From positions 1 to 45,394 of IMG/VR virus record IMGVR_UViG_3300043036_000147: a stretch of 45,394 nucleotides of DNA; one strand, written 5' to 3'. Below, piece by piece: positions 44,538 through 45,394 of the stretch (its first letter is position 1; the number at the start of each line of letters is the position of its first letter). The notes below the pieces were generated by a model. The model saw only the letters and a program-made list of their open reading frames with translations, was not told where the DNA came from and did no database searches. The position numbers and the translations under genes are program-made. The stretch comes from a virus. Its lineage: Duplodnaviria; Caudoviricetes.

Positions 44538-44899
44538 CACCAGAAGAAAAACGAATCGCTGTAGCTGAGGCTTGCGACCTGTTCAAGCTCGCACCACTTC
44601 AACGCACCAACAGTGCGGGCCGAGTGTATAAGTCGGGCGCTTACCTGTGGTATTGCCGCAGCATTTACAAAGGAGGCGGGAGCGACTTTGCCCCGTTGCC
44701 AAATTACCTGGAAGACCTCAACGCCATGCACGACGCAGAGGAGACTCTGACCAAGGCTGAATGGCCTGTGTATCGAGAGAAGCTGCGTGCCTTGGCACTC
44801 AGCGGAAATCGACTGGTCTGGCAGATATGCAAGGCCGAACTCCACCACAACGCAGCACAACGAGCAGAAGCATTTTTACAAACGAAAGGACTCATCTAA
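44534..44899 (+). CDS. Hypothetical protein (phage ABA-sandwich-like); paralog of 41945-42262
   Basis: MTPEEKRIAVAEAC...LPNYLEDLNAMHDAEETL...NAAQRAEAFL. Confidence 0.65.
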   Translation: MTPEEKRIAVAEACDLFKLAPLQRTNSAGRVYKSGAYLWYCRSIYKGGGSDFAPLPNYLEDLNAMHDAEETLTKAEWPVYREKLRALALSGNRLVWQICKAELHHNAAQRAEAFLQTKGLI

Positions 44900-45063
44900 T
44901 GCCAATCACCATCCGAGAACTCATAGCAAAACTGGAGGCGCTTGCCCGCCGACACGATCAGAACGATTACGTCAAGCTCAACGACAGCAGCGACTTCACC
45001 CTGGTCTGGCGATCAGGCGGCAATGAGAAGAAGCCATACCTGGAAATCAAACCACTATCATGA
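44899..45063 (+). CDS. Small hypothetical protein
   Basis: TAATG-coupled; MPITIRELIAKLE. Confidence 0.55.
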   Translation: MPITIRELIAKLEALARRHDQNDYVKLNDSSDFTLVWRSGGNEKKPYLEIKPLS

Positions 45064-45284
45064 GCGAACAAGAACTCAGAGATCAAGTAGCCGCATCCGT
45101 TGCGCCGATCCTATTGCAGAAAGCGTTCACCGCGTCTTACAACAGCACGGTCCAGGTGATGGGATTTGACATTGAAGATGAAGCCGGTGCCGTTGCGAGC
45201 CAGTGCTTTATCTTTGCCGACATCTGGCTTGAGGCCAGGAAACAAAAGACGCACGTCGCCAAAGACAGTGAGGATCAAGCATGA
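45060..45284 (+). CDS. Hypothetical protein
   Basis: ELRDQVAA...CFIFADIWLEAR motif; ATGA-coupled to the primase start. Confidence 0.65.
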   Translation: MSEQELRDQVAASVAPILLQKAFTASYNSTVQVMGFDIEDEAGAVASQCFIFADIWLEARKQKTHVAKDSEDQA

Positions 45285-45394
45285 CCATTACTCCATCCCG
45301 CGACAACGCCAAGCTCATCGACCGCAGTGACATTGAGGCTTACTACGACATCATGTTCAGCGGTCTGCCCGAAGGGCACCTGACCGTGCGAGGA
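45268..45394. repeat. 127-bp terminal direct repeat (copy 2)
   Basis: Identical to 1-127. Confidence 0.95.

Noticed and set aside
45268-45394. Terminal repeat as a biological direct terminal repeat
   Set aside because: It is exactly 127 nt and cuts through coding sequence, which is typical of assembler k-mer overlap on a circular contig.
1-45394. Stop-codon reassignment
   Set aside because: Core genes are intact in the standard code, and TAA, TAG and TGA all serve as stops.

Overview
The window is a complete, circularly assembled dsDNA phage genome of about 45,267 bp. Bases 45268-45394 repeat bases 1-127, most likely an assembly overlap. The gene set is podovirus-like: terS, tail fibre, terL, portal, scaffold, major capsid, adaptor, nozzle, four ejection proteins, and a head spike base plus head fibre pair resembling RcGTA. 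It also carries a lysis module (holin-like protein, alpha/beta hydrolase, CHAP endolysin), nucleotide-metabolism genes, a tyrosine integrase and a replication/recombination module (Sak4-like ATPase, SSB, SF2 helicase, Cas4-like exonuclease, primase-helicase). No DNA polymerase is visible. Start codons follow C/A-rich leaders without Shine-Dalgarno motifs, which suggests a Verrucomicrobiota-like host (inference). The most notable signals are: (1) a structured RNA cassette at 39414-39685 with two hairpins whose loops are complementary, one loop also antisense to a phage start-codon region, followed by a tRNA-like fold; (2) a type I hammerhead ribozyme inside the minus-strand small-gene operon; (3) a capsid spike-base protein that appears to carry four nested inserted domains; (4) a perfect 46-nt purine/pyrimidine alternation after terS; (5) a candidate anti-defence sponge protein. 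All protein family assignments come from motif recognition by eye, not database searches.
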